Source: Rhynchopus sp. YZ270_cl-10
Taxonomy: Eukaryota
NCBI GenBank assembly: GCA_964035575.1
Contig: OZ037840.1
Coordinates: 1,426,001 to 1,490,000 of the forward strand
Length of the DNA: 64,000 bases
Reading direction: 5' to 3'
A program made the translations under genes and the position numbers. This document shows, one piece after another, positions 37,989 through 49,753 of this stretch; within the stretch, counting starts at the first letter, position 1, and each line of letters begins with the position of its first letter. The notes under the pieces were generated by a model. The model was not told where the DNA came from. It ran no database searches and saw only the letters and a list, made by a program, of their open reading frames with translations.

Positions 37989-40423
37989 TGAAACAACATT
38001 TTCAACTTCTCTCTCTCTTTTATATATCGCTCTGCGCTTCTTAGCGTGACAGTTACCCCTTTTTTTTATTTATAAATTGCATGAAAGGAAATTGAACACC
38101 GTACCTCAACTCCATTTATTTTTTTTCTATTCCGAGGTGGGAGGTAGAGCCACACTTCATCGACAGGTCGAGGTGTGTGCGTTTCACCTCTCCCTTTTTG
38201 TATTGTTTTTTTATTGTTTGCAGTAGGGAAACAACAAAAATGAGTGGGAGTGCGGTTTCAATTTTGTCTTGATCTTTTTTTTATTTCCTTGTTTTCTTTT
38301 TCTCGCTCTTCTTGACCCCCCTTTTTTAGATAACTAAGCACAGCGATGCTTAAATGATCTTTTACCCCCCCAGTGGGCCCCCCCACCCTCACCTTTTGTA
38401 GAGACGCTTGCACTATCAACGTTCACACGTTCACACCAATCACACCGCGTCGAGGACCCAACGTTTAACTGGCCTTTTCCCCCGAGCAAGAACGAGCCTT
38501 CTTGTCCATACTTTATCCAGTTTATCGTCAGATCCGGAATAGCATTTTACGAACACATTTTTTTTTTTCCTTCTTTCTCAACAAGGGCAGGGTAGTAGCT
38601 TGAAAGGTGCACTTTTCAAATGTTGCTGGTTTGCTGGTTTAGAAAATTTTTTTCCCCGGTTGAAAGCGGTCGTCGCGCGCTTCGCGAGCGCCTCCCTGCC
38701 AACCACTAAGTGGAGAGGCAAAGGGTAAATTTTGCGAGACAACAAAGAAAATGGAATATAATCCTGTGTTTACGGCGCTTGGTCTTGCACCTTCCACTAA
38801 CCAATACGTCTTCCAGAAGCAGGGGCTGTTGCAACGGTGGATCATTTTGAAAAAACGGTCAACTTTTTGCAGCTTTGGTCAAGTTGCATTTGCGGCTGCA
38901 AAATGCAAGGGTATTCCCTAAGACATTGTAAACTCTATTTTTTGCGGAGCAAAAAATTAATATAAAGTGGCGCCGCAGGCGAAAAAAAAATTGGGACATA
39001 GTGCAAAACATGCAGCTTTTTACACCACAGAGTCACTTAATGAACCCTTTTTAGGGGTTCGCTTACGTGTGAGGCTTTCTTCTGTGAGTGGGGAAGTGGT
39101 GCGGGGGAGGCGAAAAACTGAATCCCGAATCCCACTTTTTTTTTTTATTTTTCCCCAAACCAGTAAACCAGCTCATTCTGGTTTTGAAACCAGCAAAAGT
39201 ACCCAAGCTATTTCCCTGAACAAGGGTGACGAAGCATGCGAAACGCTTTCTTGATCACCTGACACGAATTTTTCTTTCCCCTCCCCGCCCCTCCCCGCCC
39301 ATTTAAATTAAAACACTTCTTTACCTTGACAGCACTGATACACCTCAAATCGAAAAATTGAAAAGGTATTTTTCTCCAAAGCACATTATTCGCCCCCTTC
39401 CCTGCAAAAACCACACCTAGATCATCGATACAACAACAGTTGACCTGTGATGGCCCAAGGCTGTTTTCATGAGTGCACAAAAGGGGCAGTGGAGCTTTTT
39501 TTGCACAGAATGGCAACAACATTATTCCAACAATTCTATCAAACAATAAAGGGTGTTGGACCACAGCCTCCTCTATTTTACCAACACCTCTGAGTGATCA
39601 AAGTGTGGAATGTGAACGTGTTCAGCCTCCTTTTGGGGGGGAGGGGGAGGGTATAGGTGGTACATGCAGAGATTTCAGGTCCCTGATGCCACATGATGAG
39701 GGCCCTCATACAGTAGTTCTATTATCGCACTAACACCTGTCTTTTTCAAGAGATTGGGTGTGCATCGTGTCATATCATGTCAATGTTTTCTTTTATCACA
39801 TCAGCCTCGAAGTGGATGTCCAACTGCTTGGTTGGAACAAAAAGAACTCCCGAAATCCCTTTTTTTTCCTCTTTTACCTAAAGGGGGGTGGGGGATAAAA
39901 CAATTATCCCCCGTTTTTTCTCCCCCATTTTATTTTATTTTATCCCCCACTACAGTTATCCCCCACTTCCCACACCGCGTTTTTGGTGTGGATTTTCCTT
40001 GGGGATGGGGATATTCAGGTGGGAAAAAAGAGAGATATTTTTTTTTTATCCTCCACTACAACCAGGGCACGCGCTAAATCCACACCCTCACACCCGGTAT
40101 TTTCGAGGTTTTTTCGAGGTACAAAAATTTTTTGATTACACGATTTCCTTAAGAAAACCAGAGAATCCCATATTACACAGTAAGGGCACTTCAGATAGTT
40201 TTTGGACACACATGTGACCCCAGCGTGGAGAGCAATCGGCTCGCGCAATCAAAAGAAAGCAGAAAAAAAGGGAAAGAAAAAAGAAAAAAGTTGGGTACCG
40301 TGCGCCTGCGGCGCTACCTGTTCCCTACCCCCCCCCCATGATGTACTTATGTATATTCCACCTGATTTTGACCATGTTTGCCGGTGTTTTCCGGTGTTGG
40401 CCGGTGAAGTCACGGTAATGGGC

Positions 40424-41512
40424 ACTGTGTACTGTGTACTGTGTACTGTGTACTGTGTACTGTGTACTGTGTACTGTGTACTGTGTACTGTGTACTGTGT
40501 ACTGTGTACTGTGTACTGTGTACTGTGTACTGTGTACTGTGTACTGTGTACTGTGTACTGTGTACTGTGTACTGTGTACTGTGTACTGTGTACTGTGTAC
40601 TGTGTACTGTGTACTGTGTACTGTGTACTGTGTACTGTGTACTGTGTACTGTGTACTGTGTACTGTGTACTGTGTACTGTGTACTGTGTACTGTGTACTG
40701 TGTACTGTGTACTGTGTACTGTGTACTGTGTACTGTGTACTGTGTACTGTGTACTGTGTACTGTGTACTGTGTACTGTGTACTGTGTACTGTGTACTGTG
40801 TACTGTGTACTGTGTACTGTGTACTGTGTACTGTGTACTGTGTACTGTGTACTGTGTACTGTGTACTGTGTACTGTGTACTGTGTACTGTGTACTGTGTA
40901 CTGTGTACTGTGTACTGTGTACTGTGTACTGTGTACTGTGTACTGTGTACTGTGTACTGTGTACTGTGTACTGTGTACTGTGTACTGTGTACTGTGTACT
41001 GTGTACTGTGTACTGTGTACTGTGTACTGTGTACTGTGTACTGTGTACTGTGTACTGTGTACTGTGTACTGTGTACTGTGTACTGTGTACTGTGTACTGT
41101 GTACTGTGTACTGTGTACTGTGTACTGTGTACTGTGTACTGTGTACTGTGTACTGTGTACTGTGTACTGTGTACTGTGTACTGTGTACTGTGTACTGTGT
41201 ACTGTGTACTGTGTACTGTGTACTGTGTACTGTGTACTGTGTACTGTGTACTGTGTACTGTGTACTGTGTACTGTGTACTGTGTACTGTGTACTGTGTAC
41301 TGTGTACTGTGTACTGTGTACTGTGTACTGTGTACTGTGTACTGTGTACTGTGTACTGTGTACTGTGTACTGTGTACTGTGTACTGTGTACTGTGTACTG
41401 TGTACTGTGTACTGTGTACTGTGTACTGTGTACTGTGTACTGTGTACTGTGTACTGTGTACTGTGTACTGTGTACTGTGTACTGTGTACTGTGTACTGTG
41501 TACTGTGTACTG
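40424..41512. repeat. (TGTGTAC)n microsatellite, ~155 units
   Basis: Perfect 7-bp array. Confidence 0.98.
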
Positions 41513-42416
41513 GGTGTCCGAAAGACCTGAAAATGACCCTTGTTTACGGGTATGGGTTCATATTTTGTGAAAATTTAAGTCACCAAAATTTTGTCCATTT
41601 TTCCGTATATCCCCCACCACAGCCCGGGATTTTCTCGGAAATGCAATATAACCCTGATTTTTCCGCCCCCCTTCACATACTTCCTGTAGGTACATTTTTT
41701 TGGACCCGATATCCATTTTTTCGGGAAATTTCCGAAAAGTTAGCGCGCGCCCTGACTACAACTATCCCCCATTTTTTGAGAAGAAAAAACTGGCGATATT
41801 TTTTATTTTATCCGCCATTGGGGGGTATGTAATTTGACCGGTTCTGACCGGTAACTAAACCAGTGTGTTGTCAAAAATTCCCGAAATAATCGGGTATTTT
41901 TGTGTACAAATAGTACCCGGTCAAAATAGGGTATGTAATTTGACCGGCACCCCATTTTGACCGGCATTTTGACCGGGTACTATTTATACACAAAAAACAC
42001 GGGTTGCCTACGACGCTTCTAAGGTGCTCGCTCTCCATACCTAGACCCTCGAATTTTTTTTTTTGCCCCTATATTGGGCTAATTTCGACGATTTGAGGCC
42101 ATTAAAAGCAAAATTTGGCACTTTTGAGCATCTGTGGGGGTCTAAAACGCGGTTCCGCGAACCCAAAATTTCGTGATTTTTACCAAAAACAAGTCGATTT
42201 TTGAAAAAATCTCAAAAAAAAAAATCCCAAATTTTTTTTTTCACAAGTGTTTTTGAGGCCTGCTCACTACACCCTAGGTCCCCTTCTGGGACCAAAAAGT
42301 CAAAAAAAGCAAGAATTGGGCTGTTTTGAGCATCTAGAGTTAATTCCCCAGTCATTTTCTGTACCACCAGTGCATTTAGTATGGGCCAGCGCCTTGTCAA
42401 AAAATCAAAAAATCTC

Positions 42417-45400
42417 TGACCACCTCAAGCAACTGGTGGAGGTGGAGGATGCTTTGGTGATGCAGCACCTCACGCACGTTGTGGACATCCTGAGGAGGGG
42501 CGAGGCGTGCCCGTCGGTGGCTCCGTTCTTTGCTGGTGCACGGCTGACTGCGCTCCCGAAGAAGTCTGGTGGTGTCCGCCCCATTGCAGTGGAGGAGACC
42601 TTGCGCCGTCTCACGGGGAAGTCTCTGGCTCGCGAGGTGAAAGATGCTGCGCGTGCGACCCTTCTCCCTGGGAACCAGGTGGGTGTGGCTGTTGACGGTG
42701 GCCTGGAAGCTGCGACCGCTGCAATCTGCGATTACTCGAAGCGCAATGCCGGTAAGGATCGCGTGCTGCTAAAGATTGACTTTGCGAATGCGTTCAACTC
42801 TGTGCACAGAGGGGCTTTCATGCAACCAGTAGCTACACACCTCCCTGGCTTGCTCCCTTTTGTTCAGTGGTGCTACGGTGTCGAATCTCTCCTGATCTTC
42901 GGAGATGTGGAGCTGTCGTCGATGTGTGGTGCACAGCAGGGTGATCCGCTAGGGCCGCTGCTTTTCTCCCTGGCCATCAAACAGGTCACAGAGACGATGA
43001 AGCAACAGGAGGGGGTGGATCTCTCTGTCTGGTACCTTGATGACGGCACAATCGGTGGATCGCCACAGGGTGTCAGTCTGGCTTTTCAGACACTCATCCG
43101 CATTTCCGGGGAAATGGGCCTCGCAGTCAAACTCCCGAAGTGTGAACTGATACCGCTCTCGGAGAGTCAGACAGACGAGTTCCTGGTCGCCGTTGGTTTC
43201 GACGTGTCCGGCCTCAAGGTCATCCGAAATGGTTTTGAGTTCTTGGGGGCCCCTATTGGGAACGATGAATTCTGCGAAGGATTCATGCAGGCCAAAGTGG
43301 CGGAGTTCGCCCACAACCTCCGTCTTCTGGGGAAGGTGCGTGATCCGCAGCTGGCTCTGACCCTCCTCCGTCACTGTGAAGGGTTCTGTCGCATCGTGTT
43401 CCACATGCGCGCCATTGGCCACCGCTGCTCGCATGGGTACCTGACTGGTTACGATGATGAGGTGGACAAGGTGCTCGCCAGCATCCTGGGGGATCCCGAC
43501 GGCCACTTGCCTCCTGCGGCCCGCCTGCAAGCTGCCCTCCCTGTGAACCAAGGTGGGCTCGGGGTACGTCGAGCACGCGACCACTGGCTGGCCGCCGCTC
43601 TTGGCTCTTCGAGCGCCCATCTCGGTACCTGCCTGGCGTTGGACCCCGCGTTCAATTGGGACGCCGATGGCTGGCGATCCTCCGCCTCGCAGTACAACTC
43701 ACTTGTTGCGGAGGACGACCCTGTGGACCCGTCCGAGAGGCCCTGCCGTGCCATCCCGCAACGTGACTTGTCTGCAGCCATCGTCGATGTGCAGCGCCGC
43801 TCCCTCATGGATGGAGCCGATACGATGGATAGGGCCAGGCTCCTGTCCCTCTCCTTGCCGGGCACTGGTGCCTGGGTTACCGCTCTACCTGAGCCCGCCA
43901 ACCGCATTGCCCCGGAGGCCTACACTGCTGCTTTGCGCCTCAGGCTTGGAGTCCCGCTCTACTCCGCGTCTACGAAGTGCGACAAATGTGGTGTGAAGAT
44001 GGACGCCATGGGTGTGCACGTGCTGAACTGTCCGCGAGGGGGGTGCCGTATCCAGCGCCACAATGCTACGAGGGACACCCTGGGAGCTCTTTGCTCTGAT
44101 GCTGGGCTCGCTCCTTCCTTGGAACCGCTTCACATTGTGCTTGGTAACCAGAAACCTGCGGACGTTTTCCTGCCTATGGGGATCGGGGAGAGGCGTGGTA
44201 GGTGCTTGGATGTGAGTGTGGTGAATCCGTCGTCACAGTGCTACCTCGAAGGGTCGTCCAAGGCCAAAGGGTACGCCGCATCCAAGGGTCAGATCCAGAA
44301 GCGTGGCAAGCACCAGGACGCCTGCGAGACAGCCCGCGTCGCCTTCACCCCCTTCATCATGGAAGTACACGGGGGCCTGGGTGACGAAGCGGCCGTCGTG
44401 TGGAAGCAGTTGTGCCGGGTTGCGAGTGACAGGAGGGGTGGGAACTACGCCAAACACTCCATGCTCTGGGGTCAGCGCCTCGGTGTCAGTCTCATGCGGG
44501 AGGTAGGTAAGGCCCTGGCGAGCCGTGGCACCCTATGCCTCGACATTGGTGGAGAGCTTCGCCAGCGTCGGCCTCTGGCGGCCCCTACGCCGTGTGTGCC
44601 AGGGGAGTACTACGCCCGTGACCAGCGCGTCGTAGATCCGTACGTGGCCCCATGCACCGATGAGCTCCTCCTCAGACTCGAGGCAGAGGATCCGGCGGTA
44701 CCCGACCTGATGGACGTCCAGAGGCTCAACGACGAGCTGGCTGCGAGGGTCGAGCTGGAAGAGTGGATGGCCCGCCGTGACACTGAACACGCCCTGCATG
44801 CCGCCCTACCCCTGCAGCACCCCGACAACCTGACATGTCCGGTGGACACGGTGGACACCCTGCAGTCCATGATTGCCGATGATGCTGACACCTTTGAGAG
44901 AGATCATCAGCTCTTCATCCTGCAGGCCACCACCCCCCCGGACTTCACCTTCACTGTTGGGGACAGCGCTTTCGATGCGTTTGCTTTGGCCACAGCCGGT
45001 GTGTTGGCTTCTGGTGAACTCCGCAACAGGGCCGTCCGCCAGGTGACCGTGAACAGAGACCTGGCTGAGCGGACCAGGCCCTCCCTCCTACAGTGGGCTA
45101 CCCTCAAGCTTCTCCAGGGCAATGCGGATGTCCGGTCCTGGCCCGACCCCATCCTCCTCGAGGGTCTGGCGCGGGCCACAGGGGTAGCTATCCTCTGCAT
45201 CATCGGGGGTCAGAAGCCCACAGTGCTGTTGCCACTCTGCAGGTCCAGGGACGTAGTCGGCCTGGCGCACAGTGGAGAGGATCACGCTCCTTTTGTCCCG
45301 ATCGCCCTGCCTGAGGCCATCCGCCAGCACGTCCTGGCGCTTCCCCCACCGCCGACTCCTCCTACCGCCTTCTGCCACTCCACCGCTCTCATGAGTGGCA

Positions 45401-46309
45401 AGCTGGCCGACCGCCACAACATTAAGGTAGGGACCTGCGAGTCGTGCCAGCGCTGCTGCTCAGGCGCTGACACCCACTGGGAGTGCCTGTCGTGTGGGTC
45501 TTGGGCGTGCACTGTATGCTTCCCCTCGGTGCCCTTGTGCCCTCGCGTCCAGGGGCCCCTCTCCTCCTACCGTGCGCACCGCAATTCCGACCGTGCCCAA
45601 ACCCTCACCATCCCCATTTCCTCGACCCAGACTCAGCAGACGGGAGGCTCCTTCACAGCCAACACAGCCCCCGCTGCCGAGCCTTCCGTCGCCGCCCCCG
45701 CCCCGACACCGACTTCGACACCGATTCCCCCGACTGGTGGCTCTTCTGCAGCTCACCCGGACCCCGATGCCGTCCCCGACCTCACTCCTCCCACCGTAGC
45801 CGCCTGGTACCAGCGGTACCACCCCATCAACGGTTGCACTCCCTTGACTCCCCCGGCTGCGCTGTCCGCCTTCCAAGCTTGGTGTAACTGCCGCCCCATG
45901 CCGGAAGTGGACCGCGCCCCGTCCGCCCGTCTTCTCGCAGAGCTGCAGGACCTCCTGCCGACCGCGGCGTAGACCTGACCAATTCCCCCCTTTTTTCCTC
46001 CCCTCCCTCCTTCCCCCCCTTCTTCCCTTTCTTCTTTTTTGGCTATTTTTATTTCGTTCATAGCCTAGATTCGGACCTGATTTCAGGCCGACCGTGTACA
46101 GCCGGGTAGAGCCAGACAACGTCTACAGCTGTGGCCCAAGGAGGTCCCCAGTGTCGTCAGCCAATCCCCTTAACCCAACAAAAGACTACAAATTAAAAAA
46201 CAATCTAGAAAAAAAAAAAAAAAAGTAAAAGAATGCCCTTCCTCAGTCCGGAAGTATCACCTCAACCGGTTACCTGCCGTAAAAGCGAGTGAGGTTACAG
46301 AGAGATCAA
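42417..46309 (+). mobile_element. 5'-truncated CRE-like (RT + RLE) non-LTR retrotransposon
   Basis: Bounded by a 316-bp direct repeat (42101-42416 = 46310-46625). Long open ORF, then ~340-nt 3' UTR with an internal A-tract. Confidence 0.9.
42418..45972 (+). CDS. Reverse transcriptase + CCHC + restriction-like endonuclease polyprotein with C-terminal extension (N-terminally truncated)
   Basis: RT motifs LPKKSGGVRPIAV, KIDFANAFNS, QQGDPLGPLLF, WYLDDG. CDKC..HVLNC knuckle. RHN..E..KPAD..D..K endonuclease motifs. The first ~57 codons of the listed ORF are host repeat sequence. Confidence 0.92.
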   Translation, partial: DHLKQLVEVEDALVMQHLTHVVDILRRGEACPSVAPFFAGARLTALPKKSGGVRPIAVEETLRRLTGKSLAREVKDAARATLLPGNQVGVAVDGGLEAATAAICDYSKRNAGKDRVLLKIDFANAFNSVHRGAFMQPVATHLPGLLPFVQWCYGVESLLIFGDVELSSMCGAQQGDPLGPLLFSLAIKQVTETMKQQEGVDLSVWYLDDGTIGGSPQGVSLAFQTLIRISGEMGLAVKLPKCELIPLSESQTDEFLVAVGFDVSGLKVIRNGFEFLGAPIGNDEFCEGFMQAKVAEFAHNLRLLGKVRDPQLALTLLRHCEGFCRIVFHMRAIGHRCSHGYLTGYDDEVDKVLASILGDPDGHLPPAARLQAALPVNQGGLGVRRARDHWLAAALGSSSAHLGTCLALDPAFNWDADGWRSSASQYNSLVAEDDPVDPSERPCRAIPQRDLSAAIVDVQRRSLMDGADTMDRARLLSLSLPGTGAWVTALPEPANRIAPEAYTAALRLRLGVPLYSASTKCDKCGVKMDAMGVHVLNCPRGGCRIQRHNATRDTLGALCSDAGLAPSLEPLHIVLGNQKPADVFLPMGIGERRGRCLDVSVVNPSSQCYLEGSSKAKGYAASKGQIQKRGKHQDACETARVAFTPFIMEVHGGLGDEAAVVWKQLCRVASDRRGGNYAKHSMLWGQRLGVSLMREVGKALASRGTLCLDIGGELRQRRPLAAPTPCVPGEYYARDQRVVDPYVAPCTDELLLRLEAEDPAVPDLMDVQRLNDELAARVELEEWMARRDTEHALHAALPLQHPDNLTCPVDTVDTLQSMIADDADTFERDHQLFILQATTPPDFTFTVGDSAFDAFALATAGVLASGELRNRAVRQVTVNRDLAERTRPSLLQWATLKLLQGNADVRSWPDPILLEGLARATGVAILCIIGGQKPTVLLPLCRSRDVVGLAHSGEDHAPFVPIALPEAIRQHVLALPPPPTPPTAFCHSTALMSGKLADRHNIKVGTCESCQRCCSGADTHWECLSCGSWACTVCFPSVPLCPRVQGPLSSYRAHRNSDRAQTLTIPISSTQTQQTGGSFTANTAPAAEPSVAAPAPTPTSTPIPPTGGSSAAHPDPDAVPDLTPPTVAAWYQRYHPINGCTPLTPPAALSAFQAWCNCRPMPEVDRAPSARLLAELQDLLPTAA

Positions 46310-46634
46310 ATTAAAAGCAAAATTTGGCACTTTTGAGCATCTGTGGGGGTCTAAAACGCGGTTCCGCGAACCCAAAATTTCGTGATTTTTACCAAAAACA
46401 AGTCGATTTTTGAAAAAATCTCAAAAAAAAAAATCCCAAATTTTTTTTTTCACAAGTGTTTTTGAGGCCTGCTCACTACACCCTAGGTCCCCTTCTGGGA
46501 CCAAAAAGTCAAAAAAAGCAAGAATTGGGCTGTTTTGAGCATCTAGAGTTAATTCCCCAGTCATTTTCTGTACCACCAGTGCATTTAGTATGGGCCAGCG
46601 CCTTGTCAAAAAATCAAAAAATCTCAAAAATTTA

Positions 46635-49600
46635 CACGGGTTGCCGACGATCGTAGTACGAAATTTTACGATCGTAAAATTTTACGATCGTTACGATCGT
46701 AAATTTTCGTAAAATTTCGTAAAATTTCGTACAACGAAATTTTACGATCGTAAACGATCGTAGTACGATCGTAGACGAAATTTTACGAAATTTTACGATC
46801 GTAGTACGTTTGCCAAACGAAATAACGAATATCGCTTGAAATACCGTTCGATATTCCTTGCATGGTGTGCATGAAGCACACACAAGGTATATCAAACGAT
46901 AATCAATCAGATAAAACGTTACATCATTGGAAAATTGTTGGCACCGCCGCCCTGTCTTCGTATTTATTACGTCGACAGGCCAAACAACGTTGGGCTCAGA
47001 AGAAGCAGTGCTAGACAGTCACTGGGGATCAACATGAGAACCAACTCCCAACAACACAGGCTACCGAAGTAGCAGGTGGGGTGTTGCGGGTGTTTGGGGT
47101 GAAAGAAAATTGATTTTGGTAAGTTCCAGCAGAAAATTCTTAAGTTTGCAATAGCGAGAAGGGTTACACTGCTCTTGCGAGCTGTGAACCGGTAAGGTTG
47201 AGAAGGGTGACACGGCATACAAGTACAAGTACAAGTAAGACGTACCTTCTGCAAAGGCTGAATTCGCAATTCTAAGGGATATGAATTCAGCCCCCACATG
47301 TTTTTTTGAGATTATCATTCCATGGTATACTACGCGTTCCCGAAGAATGAATCACCCCCTCCTCGTTCATGCAAACTTAAGAAAATTCTGAAGTAACTAC
47401 AACCTGGCGTGCGGGTGCAGATGCATTGCTTTGTTCTTTCCTCAAAGTCATGTGTGATCTCTCGGGTCTGTACTAAAGTCAGTGTTTAGATAAGCATCCA
47501 CTTGACTCGTTCTAACAACCGTTGAAATCTAGAACAAAACAATACACTGCCCCTTCTCACACCAAGCCGCCATGCTTCAAGAGCATGCCCTGGGCAAAAA
47601 TTACTGTGACAAAAATTAGTTTTCTGGGGGAACGCAATATTTTCTTGTGCCTAGTCCTCCGCAAGCAGAGGACAGACTTTCCGGATCCCGAAGTCGAATT
47701 TCTTGCACTAGCTATGCTCCCTGGGTTAATGGCTATAGCAGTGACTGACAGAGTGTTCCCACTCCCCTTTCCACCCCATATGTTCGCTCGTTCTGCACAG
47801 TTGGTTCTCGATGTTGCACTCGCGATACCTGTTTAAAAGTGAAGTTGTGAGCGGTGGGGAATTTAAAGAAGGTGATTTCTTTAAAAAATAAGTTGGCCTG
47901 AGGGTGTAAAACATTGTTAGGGTAGATAAACAAATTTATTTGTTTCTTGTCCACCGTACGTACAGAATCTCGAGATTCCCAGAAAAAAATGTTTGTTTTT
48001 AAAAATGTTTATTGTGACCTGAGCGGTACTTTAGAGTGTTTTTAGACACACTTGTGACCCCACCGAGGAAAGCAATCGGCTCGCGCAATCAAAAGAAAGC
48101 AGAGAAAAGGGAAAAAATAAAAAGGAAAAAAGTTGGGTACCGTGCGCCTGCGGTGCTACCTGTTCCCAGTCAACAACACAATTTCATCTGAAGTTGGGTT
48201 TGCAGACCTGAAAATGACCCTTGCTTACGAGTATGGGTTCATACTTTGTGAAAATTTAAGTCACTAAAAGTTTGCCCATTTTTCCGTATATCCCCCAACA
48301 CAGCCCGGGATTGGCTCGGAAATGCCACAAAACTGCCACGGAAGCATGCAAGGCTCTATCCGCGCAAAATGTGGAAGCGTTCTGGGAGCAGTGGCGAACC
48401 CGCTAAACGTACAAGAACATTATAAAAAACTGAGAACTAACATCGCCGTATCCCCCCTAATGACACCTACCATCAACGAGGCATGTGAAATCAATGTAGT
48501 TGTCTCCCTTCTGCTTGCCCCGCTCCCATGGTAGCGATTTTTTTCCAACATTTTTTCCCCAACTAATATTTTTTTCCGTACGTACGTACAGAATTTCAAA
48601 ACGTCTCGGACAAGAAACAAATAAATTTATTTATCTACCCTTATGGAGACTTTTTGGAGGAAATACGAGTCGACGGCCTTATTTTGTTGAATATTCACCA
48701 GAAAGTTAAACATATTTACATACCTTGTCTTGCGCCTTCGCTGCTGTCAAGGTGCCTTCTCTGGGTACCCAGTACCCAGTACCCAGTACCCAGTACCCAG
48801 TACCCAGTACCCAGTACCCAGTACCCAGTACCCAGTACCCAGTACCCAGTACCCAGTACCCAGTACCCAGTACCCAGTACCCAGTACCCAGTACCCAGTA
48901 CCCAGTACCCAGTACCCAGTACCCAGTACCCATAATACCCAAATAATTTAGGATAATACCCACTGGGTATTATCCTAAATGGGTACAACAAACTTGGGCA
49001 CTAAGTGACTTTTCCCTTTTTTTTATTTGTTTCAATACTCCAAGGAATTTGCTAAGGAAAAGTCGATATTGTGGGCCCCTGTAGTAGTGCATATGGTTTA
49101 CCCCCAGATCGTCAAAACACCCGATTTTTGCGTTTTTTTGCACTTTTTGGTGCCCAAAAACCCAACTCAGGGGTCGAAATTTTCCCGAAAAAAAAATTTT
49201 TTTTTTTGAGATTTTTCGATTTTTTGACAAGGCGCTGGCCCATACAAAATGCACTGGTGGTACAGAAAATGACTGGGGAATTAACTCTAGATGCTCAAAA
49301 CAGCCCAATTCTTGCTTTTTTTGACTTTTTGGTCCCAGAAGGGTACCTAGGGTGTAGTGAGCAGGCCTCAAAAACACTTGTGAAAAATTTTTTTGATGTT
49401 TTTTAAGGTTCAAAAATCGACTTGTCTTTTTGGTAAAAACCACGAAATTTCGGGTTCGCAAAACCGCGTTTTAGACCCCCACAGATGCTCAAAAGTGCCA
49501 AATTTTGCTTTTAATGGCCTCAAATCGTCGAAATTAGCCCTCTTTAGGGGCGAAAAAAAAAATTCGAGAGTCCCTTTCCCTGGGAGGCAATAGCCACCGG

Positions 49601-49753
49601 CAACGACACCACTACGAAATTTTACGAGATTTTACGAGATTTTACGAAATTTTACGATCGTAAATTTTCGTAGTACGATCGTAAATTTTCGTAGTACGAG
49701 GAAAAAAAGGCTACGATCGTAAAATTTCGTACTACGATCGTCGGCAACCCGTG
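46635..49753. mobile_element. Non-autonomous hAT-type element
   Basis: TIR CACGGGTTGCCGACGATCGTAGTACGAAATTTTACGATCG. 8-bp TSD AAAATTTA at 46627-46634 and 49754-49761. TACGATCGTA subterminal repeats. Confidence 0.88.
48765..48932. repeat. (CCCAGTA)n microsatellite, ~24 units
   Basis: Perfect 7-bp array. Confidence 0.97.

Noticed and set aside
12864..41512. Tandem arrays as CRISPR or telomeres
   Set aside because: No spacers or cas genes, eukaryotic context, and the arrays are interstitial and embedded in TEs.
46230..46305. Possible twister/HDV ribozyme in the retrotransposon 3' UTR
   Set aside because: Some pairing (ACCTCA/TGAGGT) is present, but conserved catalytic motifs could not be placed.
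42045..49570. 42045-42416 and 49208-49570 as TIRs of one element, or the 316-bp repeats as LTRs
   Set aside because: The host repeat resumes at 49754 after the hAT insertion, so the 49-kb copy is a separate nested copy. The RT is non-LTR type, with no gag/integrase and no TG..CA ends.
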